Positions 13,710 through 26,880 of a DNA stretch of 64,000 bases are shown here, one piece after another. The stretch is from Octopus sinensis (taxonomy: Eukaryota). The notes under the pieces were generated by a model that saw only the letters and a program-made list of their open reading frames with translations, was not told the origin of the DNA and made no database searches. The stretch lies in NCBI RefSeq assembly GCF_006345805.1, contig NC_043002.1, forward strand, positions 10,850,001-10,914,000, in the 5' to 3' direction. The position numbers and the translations under genes are program-made. Position 1 is the stretch's first letter. Every line of letters begins with the position of its first letter.

Positions 13710-15076
13710 CGACTTGTATTCTGTTTGAATAAGTCTTGAATTCTATTTGAACAAAGTAGATAATTATGTAGGTGGCAAGCTGACAGAATTGTTAGAGTGT
13801 CGGACAACTGCTCTATTAGTTGTTCTGATTTCAAATCCTGCTGACATCAAATGTGTCTTTCATCCTACCGGGGTCAATAAAATAACGAACCAGCCAAGCA
13901 TTGGTGTTGACGGAATTTACTTGTTACATCTCCCCTCAAAATTACTGGCTTTCATTCAAAATTAGAAACAATTAATTATAGCTCATTGTGCAACGGGGAC
14001 GATGATAGACTGGCAGATATCTCTTGCTTTATCCATTTTGTAGTTTCGCGTTCAGCGTGGACTAGCATAGCTTTTCATACCTCCGGGGGATGAAAATACG
14101 AAGAAATACCAGTAAAATTCTTCCGGTGATCGCAGGTAGATATTTCCTGCAAAATTGGAGGGATTCTCTTAATGTAGAATTTTGGCTGGTAACTTAGTTT
14201 ATTCCGAAACACCATTTCAATTAAAATATCTATCCTCTCACTGGAGTTTATCATTATTATGTTCGAAAATCTTATTAACTTCCGATATAATTTTTATCGA
14301 AATTTACTCAAATTATCTAATTAATACAGACAGTGCCATGGTGACAGTGACAGCGAAGCCATAATGCTTTTAATTATTGCAGTTTCAATTAAGATAGATT
14401 CATACCTGTACAGTCATTATGTGAAATAAGAAACTGTATTATATGTAAAACATGTAAATATAAACACACACGTGTGTATATATGCGAGTGCTTTTGTATA
14501 TATGTATGTGTGCATGCTTGTCTGCTTGCGTGTATACATACATACATATTTACATACATACATGTATATGTATGTACGCGTGTATTTCTATATACATGTA
14601 TGCATGTATGTGTGTGTGCGTATGCATTAACGTATGTTCGTTTGTATGAATGCATTTTTCTTTCTTTCACGTTTGGAACCACATCAGTTAATTCTTCTCC
14701 ACACATTCCAAAAGAATAGTAAGTTTCTTTCTGTTGAGTAGGCGGTGCTATAGCTCATAGAATTAACTCTATCATTTATAAACTAACAAATAATCAACTT
14801 TCGTTTTTCTACGATCGAAGAAATACGATCGAAGAAATAAAGTGCCTGTGAACTACTGTGGTTATTTTTTTCTTTTATACAAAACACTCCAATTTATTTT
14901 AAGGAAATGAAAGGACGAAGGTAAAAATAAGGGTGTGAATATTTATATTTGTCATGTTCTTATACACTACAAATTTGACGACGTTACCTGCAGAGCTATT
15001 TTCTCTGAAAAAACAATCTCCTTATAAACTTTGTATGTAAAATCACATCTAACAGGACTGAATAAGTGAAAAAGTG

Positions 15077-15123
15077 TCTGTCACTGAGGAGATGCATTAA
15101 CGCCGAAACACGTGTCTAGCAGT
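15077..15123 (+). ncRNA. Degenerate type I hammerhead motif
   Basis: TCTGTCA-CTGAGGA-GATGCATTAACGCC-GAA-ACACGTGT-C-TAGCAG. Core and palindromic stem III are intact, but stems I and II are mismatched. Confidence 0.5.
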
Positions 15124-15912
15124 ACTCTGAGGCAATTTAGAACAGGCTCATTATAGTTTTATATACAAAAGTCCACAAACAGAAAGTTTTCTCTGCGACA
15201 AGAATCCTGTTGTGGACGCCTTCCGTGTTGTCGTGTACGAGAACGTGTTAAATATAAATGTTCACATTGTTATATTCTTGGTTGACTTCGAGTCGTTTCC
15301 ACCCAAACAGGCTTGACTTTCTCGGTACCCTTTTCCATCACCTACATACCGTCCGCCGTACCCAGGTCCAACATGTACCACTCCACGTAATCTTTCCTTC
15401 CCAATACGTTATCTTTTCAACAAATCCCTCACTGCACGGTTCATCATTTTCGAAACCGTCAACTTACAAACCCCTTCCTCCAGATCAAACCAATAGAAAA
15501 ATAAATCAAATCCAATATAAAGCAGCCATTTGTAAAACTAAAAACCAAACAAAATATAATATTTTTACTTTCTTTCCATTGCTGTGATTTAAAATCATCG
15601 TGACGTTGGTTTTCTTCCGCTCGTTCCTCGGGTCGATAACTGAACTAATAACTGACAGTACAAAACAAAAATCCATAATAATTTGCTGAATGAAAACACC
15701 AACGTAAGCAAGATATAATAAAAGATAACCGGAGATTGTACCAGTTCTTATGTATATTTAGCGTTTAAACAGAATAATGTACTGAAGAACCGCATGTAAA
15801 AATTTGCAACGTTTGCGTGTAGATAACGAAAACGCACACACAAACATATACACACAGTCACATACACACTCACACACACACTGAAACATATAGTGTGTGT
15901 GTGCATATTTTG

Positions 15913-15947
<35 letters not shown>

Positions 15948-16016
15948 GCACACACATGCACACTAACATACACACTCACACACACATTGATACATATAGT
16001 GTGTGTGTGCATATTT

Positions 16017-16054
<38 letters not shown>

Positions 16055-16351
16055 CACGCACACACATACACACAAACACGCACGCTCCCTACCATATATA
16101 TATACACATACATATGCATATAAATATATATTAAAATAATAAATCTCTGTACGCTACTGAGTGCATGTGTGTCGCTCAATGCGTGTGTGTGTGGCAGTAT
16201 TTAATTGGATGTGTGTATGTATGCATGTATCTGTATATACATACATACATATATAAATATATATATGTTTATCTATATATCTACATCTACGTATAGATAC
16301 ACATACGTAGGTACATACATACATACATATATACATACATACATATAAACG

Positions 16352-16412
<61 letters not shown>

Positions 16413-16915
16413 TGCACTCACACAAATTAAGTTACATCTCATGAATTATGTATTGGTTCTGCAAGTCAGTTCAGATATTATTATTTCTCGTTCTTAAACA
16501 AAATGTCCAGCAACAAATCTTATAGAATACAGAAAATTACCAAAAACGGCTAAAAGGCTTCCTCGATATCAAAGTACGAATCTCACTTTTTAGGCTCAGG
16601 CCATGAAACCTTACAACGGCTGTTTGCTTAAAACACAACATGGTTCTTCGACTAAAACCCCCTTTATAGCAGTGCTCCAGCATGGCCGCAATCAAATGAC
16701 TGAAGCAAGTAGGAGAATAAAAGAATAAAAGACTCGGAATACGAGACACGAAAAACAACCAACAGCTGATGAAAGGTCGTTCCTTATGTTGTTTGTTTTG
16801 TTTTCCATTTCTGTTTTTCGTTCTTCAAAAAAAAATAGTATATATTCCACGTACTCATACTTCGTATTTTTTTTTTTTTTTTGCTGTACACGTTTCACGA
16901 CGTCCTGTGCCACAT

Positions 16916-16962
<47 letters not shown>

Positions 16963-17254
16963 CAAACATAGATAGATAGATAGATAGATAGATACGTAGG
17001 TACATACATACATATAAACGTATATATATATATATAATACAAACATAGATAGATAGATAGAAGATAGATAGATAGAAGATAGATAGATAGAAGATAGATA
17101 GATAGAAGATAGATAGATAGAAGATAGATAGATAGATACGTAGGTACATACATACATACATACATACATATATACATACATACATACATACATATATACA
17201 TACATACATACATATATACATACATACATATATACATACATACATATATATATA

Positions 17255-17370
17255 TCAGCCGAAATTGCGAGGATGATCCAGTTCTTGACTGAAGATTAGA
17301 GGCTTCGAATGACCCGTCCGTGTTTTTGTATCGTCTCTTTGAGTGTTTTGCGTTCTTGTCCCATTTTGTA
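17255..17370. mobile_element. Short interspersed element, same family as 23651-23814
   Basis: CAGCCGAAATTGCGAGGATGATCCAGTTCTTGAC...GTTTTGCGTTCTTGTCCCATTTTGTA matches 23699-23814. Confidence 0.8.
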
Positions 17371-17390
17371 TTTTTTTATATATATTTTTT

Positions 17391-17460
<70 letters not shown>

Positions 17461-17481
17461 TATATATATATAAATACAAAC

Positions 17482-17556
<75 letters not shown>

Positions 17557-17899
17557 CGTAGGTACATACATACATACATACATACATACATACATACATA
17601 CATACATACATACATACATAAACACACACACACACATTCGAAACGACAAGTCGCGTACTTGGCGAGGGAGACTATTTATCGAAAATACAATGAATATTAT
17701 CTCCAACTTTGGAACCACAACTATCAGCCTTGTTAAATATCTGGTTAATCTTCAGGTGAATTAACTGAAGGAGCCTTTTTTTCTCGATCGTAGTGATTTT
17801 CAACTGAAACTTGAATTTAGCATGCAGAGACTTACTACAAACAACATGGCTGAACACATCAACAACATCACACTCGATGAACGGAACGGAAACAGAAGC

Positions 17900-20095
17900 T
17901 CAGCATGTAAACAAATTCTTTCCAGGTGTAGTTATTAGAAGAAACACTAACTACAAAATTCATTTCCCTTAAAGTTATGAATTGAATAATGATCTATTTA
18001 ACTGCTACGAAAAAGCGAAACAAAACTCCGCTGTTGGCTATATGAGACGAATAGAAATGATATTTGGACGATTTGCATCCAGAGTTAAATCATTTTATTG
18101 CGAAGCAACCACGCCAACAGGTAACGTTTGCAGAACATAGAAAGAAGGTTAGTAACTGTAACTTTCTTAAGAAATCGAAAATTAACCTTCTTCCCAACTC
18201 TATAAACAAAAACGAACACGTAAATGATATAAGACCACCACGTGGTTTCACAGATAGCGACATTTCAACAGATTCCATAGTGCCTGTCAGCCAAACTACA
18301 TTACTGGCTCAAGTAACTGATCACTGACCCCTTGTACGATGATGGTAAGTAGCAGCCACAACCGCAACGATTATTGTAGTAGTAATAGTGGTAGTCAGGA
18401 TTATATGCCAGTGAAATGTGCCCTTACTGAAATTTTCTGAGGAAATATAACTTTGGTTTCGAAGGACTCTCTTGAGGAGAAAGTATTCCCTACCAAAGTA
18501 AGTTAAAAAAAAACACTAGATATTGAATTAAAAGCTGTTAACGAAATTAGGGATGAGCATTTACCAAAGTGTGATGAACCCATATACTGGCAGATTAACA
18601 CCTGTCTATATGCTCTGGCTGCTACTGTAAAACAGTACATGAATGATATTCAAAAAGTAACAGAAACCGAAATAACAAAGAAAGTACCGTCGTGGGTTTT
18701 CCTGAAGTAGGAGCTAAAATCTGTCAGTGAAAAACTCCGACATCAGAAGAGAGTAACTGAGAGAAGGAAAATAAGCAAAGCATTTAACTTCAACCAGGCA
18801 GCAGCATACAGACACATGAGGGGAAGAGCAATAAACATCACGGAAGCTCCTTCGCGAGAAGACATAGACTCCTTCTGGAGGAAAATCTGGAGTGAAGAGA
18901 AGGAATTTAACCAAGACGCTCTGTGACTGGAAGTAATCCGAAGAAGATATTGCTCCTGCATTACATCCAAGACATATTGATAGTGAAACTCTTGCAACTG
19001 TGATCCAGAAACTCCAGGATGGGACTTGGAAGAGACTTGATTGTTGGAAACCGGTACAAGAAGCTAACATTCTACCGACCGTATCTTATCTATCTGTACC
19101 AGCAATCTTATCTATCTGTACCAGCACGATGAAGTCATGTCAGCTATGGCATTGATTATTCTCACTGGAACTTTAGCAAGTTGAAGGGCTTCTAGCATCC
19201 ACGAGTGTGGAAGGGAGTCAAAGACTTTCTTGTAGTCTAGCCACTTTGAAACTAGGTTCCCCCCATGCTCTCGCACCTCTGACATTACAGTTTTGTTGAT
19301 TAACAATTATTCGTCATATCCCTAGACTCACTTCTTTCCAGCTGCTTGTTCTGTTGTGATAATGTTACTAGTTTCACAATGGTCCTGGAGGAAGAGGTTT
19401 AAACATGCTGTATATATTTCATACATTAAGTTCTGGTATGCAATTGGCCGGTAGCTTTTTGCCATGTGGGCGGTTCTGCATTTGGGGATCAATTTTGTCT
19501 CACGCAGAGCTAACTAGTGTGGTATAATATTGAGAAGCCCTTCAACTTGCTAAAGTTCCAGTGAGAATAATCAAAACCATAGCTGACCTGACTTCATCGT
19601 GGGTCACAACTTGAAATTAAACACAAAGAGTGACTGTATTATCACCGATAAAATACAGTATCGCAAAGGCATATTCCAAGGAGACAACCTCTCTGTGATG
19701 TTTATACTTTCCATAAACCCCTTGTCATTCATGTTAAAGAAGGGTATCACACTGATTCACAAGGAAAAAGAAATACCAAAATTACACACTGTCTCTTGGT
19801 GGATGACTAAAAACTTTATGCAAAGAATATGCATGAGATGAAAAAGAGACTTGACCTAGATACAGCATTCTCAAAGGATGCAGGGTTGATATTTAGTCAG
19901 GATAAATGTTATATGGTTGTGAAAAGGGGGAAAACGATAAACCAGACTAGTAACATTTCCATTAATGATTTGACTGTTTCCCCTGCATCTGACGAGGAAT
20001 GTTACAGGTATCTAGAGGTGGATGAAAATATATATTAGAGTGGCACCTGTAACAAACCATGTGTTACTAAAGAATATTACAGCCGAATAAAGACT
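17900..20095 (+). mobile_element. Degenerate R4/Dong-like LINE with an internally inverted RT segment
   Basis: Plus strand: GYMRR/DDLHPEL, FWRKIWSEEK, YRKGIFQGDNLS, FSQDKC, YRYLEVDE. Minus strand (19126-19532): YRPIAYQNLMY..EQAAG..LLINKTV..WLDYKKVFDSLPHSW. Confidence 0.8.
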
Positions 20096-20418
20096 AGTAC
20101 TTAATTTATCGACCCCGAAAGGATGAAAAGTAAAGTCGACCTTGGCGGAATTTGAACTCAGAACGTAAAGACAGTCCAAATACCTATTTCTTTACTGCCA
20201 ACAAGGGGCTACACACAGAGGGGACAAACAAGGACAGACAAACTGATTAAGTCGATTAGATCGGATCCAGTGTGTAACTGGTACTTAATTTATCGACCCC
20301 GAAAGGATGAAAGACAAAGTCGACCTCGGTGGAATTTGAACTCAGAACGTAATGACAGACGAAATACCGCTAAGCATTTCGCCCGGTATGCTAACGTCTC
20401 TGCCAGCTCGCCACCTTT
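20095..20418 (-). mobile_element. SINE type B, about 1.5 tandem bodies
   Basis: Matches the type B consensus, with an ATACCTATTTC junction near 20180. Confidence 0.85.
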
Positions 20419-22082
20419 AAAGCTCCTACATCTGGAACACAACCACTGCTGCTCTTTGCAGGCTCAGACACCCTAAACTGCACCCAAGCAAGTAATTGTA
20501 TCAATCTTACTGTCTAAGGAAAACTTGCCAATTTTATGGGTTTTGCTATTTCCTCCAGTAAGTAAAAACAATGTGCACATCAGATTATCACACAAAGTTT
20601 GAAATGAGGGTGATTAAAATCAACGATTAATCGCTAGTGATCTGCTTTGAGGTTGATTACTTAATCCCCTTAGTCACATTCTGCCAACAGGGCTGTTAAC
20701 CGATCACTATCCATTCCTTTCTCTGCAACACACGTTCTCAGCCATGTTTTATTGGTTTTTTTAATTACAAAGATCCCTGGCGCGAATAATTATCTCTTGT
20801 TTCCACGGGGCTAAATAAAAGAGAGACGAATTGTTTCCCTGAAAAACTCCGGTCAATAACAGATAATTATTCGGCCCCGAAAGTCAATGCTGCTTCCGCT
20901 TTCAGCCATAATTTGCACTCCTCTGTGTTACCTAAATTGATACAGTCAGTGAAGAAGAGCAATACACACGACATTAACAAGTTATCTCAGATTTGTAAAA
21001 TCGATGTTCAGCTTAAATATACGTAGGTCGGCCTATGTAAGATAAAATGATAGAGAAAAATATCTAAAATATTGCGTTTTTCATAAGAGTTTCTACGTGC
21101 TCGCTCATTCTGCTTGGAATAACAGCCAAATCTATCCCAGGTCACAGCCAACTGTTTTTGAAACGCCGAAGGATTTATTAGATAATACGGTCTTCATACA
21201 ATATGTCTGAATTAAAAAAAAAAAAAGAGACAGAATAGCTACAGCTTCTGTATTCACTGGTAGAATTTGCCAAGCCATATTTGGAATCAAAAGGATCGTA
21301 CCGTTTATTTATATTTAAAACATTCTTCATGCGGTCATCTCCTTTCAATTTGCTGAATTCCACGTATTATGAATCAGCTAATTTCGAAATGTCATCACCA
21401 AACCAATTTTATTCTACGGAACTTTATTTTACCAATAGGCTGAATATATTGTAATTTTATCGGGAGAATATCTTTGGAATTGCGCAAACATTTTTCTTGT
21501 AGACCATTGAAGTTCTAAAAATATTTAGAATTCTGCTTACCAACCCGCTTATTATATCAAATACTCTTTAATTAACTACGTGTTGTTCAAAACTATTTCA
21601 AAAGCGAAATGAACACTATTAGAAAACTCACTTCTTTTTTGAAATAATAGTATAAATTACGTAATGTCTGTAGAAACTTGCACGCATTTTCCTTTACCCA
21701 CACACACTCATGTATATATATATATATATTAACCTATCATCTGTTGTCCTTGTAATATCGATACGTATCATATTCAGTGTCTTTCTATTGACTAGACTAT
21801 TATATAATTTTCTCTTTCTATCTTCAATACTTGCGTATGCATTCACCTCTTCAGTACTTTAACTCTGCTTTCTCTTCCTCCGTTCGGTTAGTTACATAAT
21901 CACAAACTTCATTCTCTATTACTCTCTTTCTCTCACCATTCCCTCATAATTATTCCTTCCTTCTCACGCAATCAGATCGCGCTGCTGTCTTACTTCAACA
22001 AATGTTCTGTCTTTCGTCAAATTTCTTTGCTCTTTTTTTTCTATTTTCTTTGCCTGCTTTTTTCACTTTTTCTATCATTATC

Positions 22083-22114
<32 letters not shown>

Positions 22115-22121
22115 CATACAT

Positions 22122-22188
<67 letters not shown>

Positions 22189-23573
22189 ATATATATATAT
22201 ATATAAAAATTCCTTTCTCTTCTTTTGTATCCAGTTACTTAAGTTTTCTCCCTATAATTACCTTGTTGTCTGACACAGTTTACATATTCTGTCTCGTGTA
22301 TTTCTACTCTTATATTCAAGTAACTAACAGCCAATGTTTTAATGAAGATCAATTAGTAGATATTTATTTATCTATCTTTTCTTTTTGCCATTGTATGTAT
22401 CTTAACTGCCTTAGGAATTAATTAAATGACATCAAAGATACCAAGTTATCGCTTAGATGAAGATGATTTAGAGAAAAGGTCAAATTCTATTTTGATTAAT
22501 TGCCTTAATTTCGTCAGGACAGATGATATACTAAAGAACTGATATAATAACATTTGCATTTTATCTAGCTGCGTGGTTGTTGAACACTCTCATGAAGCGA
22601 TGAAAACCCATGTCGCATAGGTTGATTGTGAATCAAATTATATTGTCTGAAGAAGTGAATGAACTCTAAATTTACTGTATGAAATTTCACAACATTGTAT
22701 TTTATATGAAATAAATGGAATTTGCTCACTGAAACGCACGTAACAATGATTTAGCTTCTCTTTTCCCAAAAAGAGAAATAATTATGATTCGCTGTGTGAG
22801 GGTTATAACATGCATATTGTATATATACTTGTGTGTGTGTGTGTGTGTGTGTGTGTTTTGTGTGCATTGACCTGAAGACAATGTAAATTTTTTTGAGTGT
22901 GATGATCCAATTACACACACCAAGGCCACTAATGGTTTTATTAGTGGCTATCATTTCCCCCTTTTTGTCTTCATTCTCACATCCCATGCCTCCCCTCCGC
23001 TATCCTGTCTCTTCCTTTTCTTTCTTTCTCTTCTCTTTAGCTCTTCTTTTCTATTTCATCACTTTTCTTCCATTTTTCTCGCAATCTCTTATTCACTCAC
23101 CATATACTTAACGCCTCTCTTCGCTCCCCTTCCTATGCCTCTACCATTCCTTTATTATTGTTCTGCTCGGTTTCCACCAGAACACCATCAAACTGATGAG
23201 GGCAGCATTAATACTCTATGTCGTTCAAATTTCTTTCAACCGATCAATGAACGAACCCATAATGATTATCAGAAACGGCTGTACATCAGATTTAATACAA
23301 TAAAAGAATATATAATGGTCATTAATTATATATTGTCTTGTATATCACTCCGTGTAAAAGACTAGTCTGAACGGGAATGTGACTATGGATCTACAATACA
23401 GAATAGTGATGAACTATAACCACGGACCCTGCCATAATTATACAAGGAGTTCTTTGCTAATCTAAAAAAAATTGTTCATCTTCGGGTATTAACTGAGAGC
23501 TCATAAAGTACTTTTCACAGTTTGATAATCACAGTTTTCACGCTTTCACACAGTAATCACACTTTTCACAGTT

Positions 23574-23609
<36 letters not shown>

Positions 23610-23650
23610 GAATAAGGTGTACGTACGCCGAAGTAATACATATATAAAAA

Positions 23651-23814
23651 TACAAAATGGGACAAGAACGCAAAACATTCAAATAGACGACACAAAATAC
23701 AGCCGAAATTGCGAGGATGATCCAGTTCTTGACGGAAGATTAGAGGCTTCGAATGACCCGTCCGTGTTTTTTGTATCGTCTATTTGAATGTTTTGCGTTC
23801 TTGTCCCATTTGTA
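23651..23814. mobile_element. Short foldback element with ~47-bp inverted arms
   Basis: TACAAAATGGGACAAGAACGCAAAACATTCAAATAGACGACACAAAA is the near reverse complement of 23768-23814. Flanked by TA runs. Confidence 0.8.
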
Positions 23815-23831
23815 TATATATATATATATAT

Positions 23832-24000
23832 TACGGAGATGTACTCGCATAGCAAGTAATGCAGCACGGACTTTGTCAGTGAACAGGTCGCGGATTTTAG
23901 CGACGAAAATATTTTGACAAATTAAACTTAAATGTTGAAGTGAATCGAACGGCTTTTGTGTGTTTCTTAAATGGCTTATAAACACCTTCCACGCTGCAAT

Positions 24001-24005
<5 letters not shown>
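23832..24005 (+). mobile_element. Interspersed element carrying a hammerhead-like motif (second copy at 38784-38986)
   Basis: 23860-23998 is the reverse complement of 38838-38986. Both copies are embedded in (TA)n. Confidence 0.8.
23872..23921 (+). ncRNA. Candidate type I hammerhead with G3-C8 core variant
   Basis: UUUGUCA-GUGAACA-G-GUCGC(GGAUUUUA)GCGAC-GAA-AAUAUU-U-UGACAAA: 7-bp stem I, 5-bp stem II, palindromic stem III. Confidence 0.55.
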
Positions 24006-24037
<32 letters not shown>

Positions 24038-24351
24038 TAGTAATGGTAAGACAACAAAAGAATGAAAGAGACCTCGAAATTATGTAATAGAGGAATTTAT
24101 CTGTCATACACTATATAACAATTATTCGATTGCCTCGATAATTGACGAGATGCCGGAGCAGATTTCCGCCGGTTTATCCATATATTTGTGAATTTACTGG
24201 AATTTATTTCTCTGTGTTAGTATTAGTACTTATTTGACACTAGTACTGTACACATTATAGAGTTCCAGTAGTCCTTTTAGAAGTTTTCACCTGATTCGAT
24301 ATATGCGAACATAATAACAGTAGTATAATATAATATAAAGAAAATGGAGAG

Positions 24352-24948
24352 TTTGAATACAGCAAAATCAATTTATTTACATAACTGTCGATTACGTAAA
24401 GCCTACACTCGTTTCAATACTCACCGTCATTCATTTTACAATTAATAATTGCATTATGAACCTAAAAGGTAGATATCTCTTCAAGGCAAAAATCGACATA
24501 GCCTCTTTACATCCAAATAGATAGAACGATCATTATAGACTAATATAGCAGCATGCGTTTTTGTGTGTGAATGTGCGTTAGTATTGAAGCTGAATTGTCC
24601 TATGTATCTTTCTATGTATGTGTGTACGTGTGTGCGTCAGCTTGTGTACTTCAGTTTATTTGTCTTTGGAATTTAGTTCTAAAAATAGCCAAATTTAAAG
24701 TTTGGCCAACAGCAGGATAGTGGCTTGTATCATAGTCCCATAGAATTTAGGTCAAATAATATCATTCATCTAAAAGAACTAATTAGGATGTGAAGAGAAT
24801 ATGTCGATTTTTACCCTGAAGAGATATTTACTTTTTAGGTTCATAGTGCAGTAATTGATTGTAAAATGAATCAAGGTGGATATTGAAACGACCGTAGGTT
24901 TTACGTTATCGGCAGCTATGGAAATAAATCGATTTTGTTATATTCAAG
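24352..24948. mobile_element. Foldback/MITE with ~170-bp diverged inverted arms
   Basis: 24352-24522 aligns by eye to the reverse complement of 24780-24948, e.g. ATGAACCTAAAAGGTAGATATCTCTTCA vs TGAAGAGATATTTACTTTTTAGGTTCAT. Confidence 0.8.
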
Positions 24949-25220
24949 CAACACACACAGTATAGAATTAATATGGACTGCTGGGTGCAATATAAACTGT
25001 ATAGGCAAATTGTTCTTCGCTCATGGGACAGTTATCTACCCTGTCAGCATATATAAATGTGCTTTTTTCAGCTATAAATGGTTTAACAGCTATTTCAAGC
25101 AAGATATGTACTTGTAGCACATAAAGTCACAATTAGTGATGAATACATACATGTGTGTGTGTGTGTATGTATATATATATATACGGCTGACCACCTAGTG
25201 GTTTTTAGCCCTTTGAATAT

Positions 25221-25265
<45 letters not shown>

Positions 25266-25379
25266 CTTTTATACACAAAGAGGAGACGACTGACCGGACT
25301 CCTTACATGCTAAAAAGGCCAGTTAAACCAAAACCACGAAAAGGAGAATTCATAAGTATATATATATATATATATATAT

Positions 25380-25473
<94 letters not shown>

Positions 25474-25829
25474 ATACGATAGTCTTCCAGCCAGCTTCAG
25501 TCTACCGAACGCATTCACAAAACATTGGTCCGCCAGTTGCTATATTGTAGAAGAGAAGTGAGACTGATCCTAGATCCAAATATTGCAAAACCGTCTTCTT
25601 AACCACATGCTCATGCCTGCGGCTATGGGGAGGCAGCTTACTGCTGCGTACTTGATGCCAGTCATGTGTATGTAGATTATTTTATTCTTTTCGCTTTTAT
25701 TTTTACTTTTTCCGCCACATCCGATTTCATGTTACCCTCTACACACACTATGTGTAACCTGTTTTTGCAATGTCACCATCATCAAACGCCCCTGCGGCAA
25801 ATATAAATCTCATTATGATTATTATGCCC

Positions 25830-26050
25830 CAGTCCAAGGTGACGTGCTGGTAGAATGGTTAGCACACAGGACAAAATGCTTTGCGTGTTTCGTCCGTCTT
25901 TATGTTCTGGGTTCAAATTCCGTCGAGGTAGACTTTGCCTTTCATCCTTCAAGATCGTTAAATTAAGTACCAGTGGAAAACAGGGGTCGATGTAATCGAC
26001 TATCCCCCTCCCCTCAAATTTCAGTGTTGTTGCTTTTATTAGAAAGGATT
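25830..26050 (+). mobile_element. SINE type B, diverged subfamily
   Basis: GTTCAAATTCCGTCGAGGTAGACTTTGCCTTTCATCC..TTAAGTACCAG core with an alternative tail. Confidence 0.75.
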
Positions 26051-26249
26051 ATGATGTCCCAGTTTGACCAAATTGGTGCGTTTGCTTATCTCTTCTTGTG
26101 TAAGGGACACCTTCACTGCTCAAGTAATCTATCAGTCGTTAGTGCTCTCTGGAACGTAAAGACACGGATTGAAGACCCATCAACTGTAGAGATTTCATGG
26201 CAGTGAACAAATGTGGCTTATGTATAATAATCACGCGTTTCTGTTGCTT

Positions 26250-26880
26250 ATCTGACGGATCTACAATCCTGGATAAAATATGAAACTAGATTGGGTGCCT
26301 TGTACCTGGAATGTCGTCAGCCGCCTTCCAACCAATACAAGCAGTAGAGTTTCCACCGAGAAATATGGATAAGAGCGATGAGGTTCGTGGAGAATCTGGA
26401 TTGTTTTGTTCTGCAGAAATTCCAAGCCGGTGTTCATGATGAATAAATTCCAGAAATATTTGGCTACCGAGGCTTACCACCGAGGCTTATCATTGTTCCG
26501 AGATAAACTCTACAGGCACGAAAGCGCTGAGAGGCAGGACTATTTGAGAAGCATGCACAACGACGAATCCGGACTACTCAAAATCGTGCCGTGTCCGACC
26601 ATTGTAAAGTGGCCTAATGCCGAAAAACCGTTGTCTCATATAGGATGAATCCGGTTTCCGGTCGAGTCTATAGTGAAGATCACCTCATGTTCCTCCTTCC
26701 GTAGGACTACGAAGACACTTTGCCTTTGTCTGCCTATGGCGAAAGAGGTTGTGCGTTGACGAAGTTGAAATGATTGAGGGCAAACCGCCATAAACTTTTT
26801 TTCAATACAACTTAGAATCGAAAGTGAAAGTGGAGAGGAAAGTGGTCACACCACGGCTTTGATCTTTCTAGTCCATAATT
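26250..26880 (+). mobile_element. L1/Tx1-like LINE 3' fragment
   Basis: FQKYLATEAYHRGLSLFRDKLY...DESGLLKIVPCP resembles a decayed C-terminal Cys-rich region of Tx1-like ORF2. Confidence 0.55.

Noticed and set aside
24050-24190. Possible further hammerhead (TTGACGAGATGCCGG...)
   Set aside because: There is no GAAA core half or closing stems. The same applies to CTGATGA near 16765.
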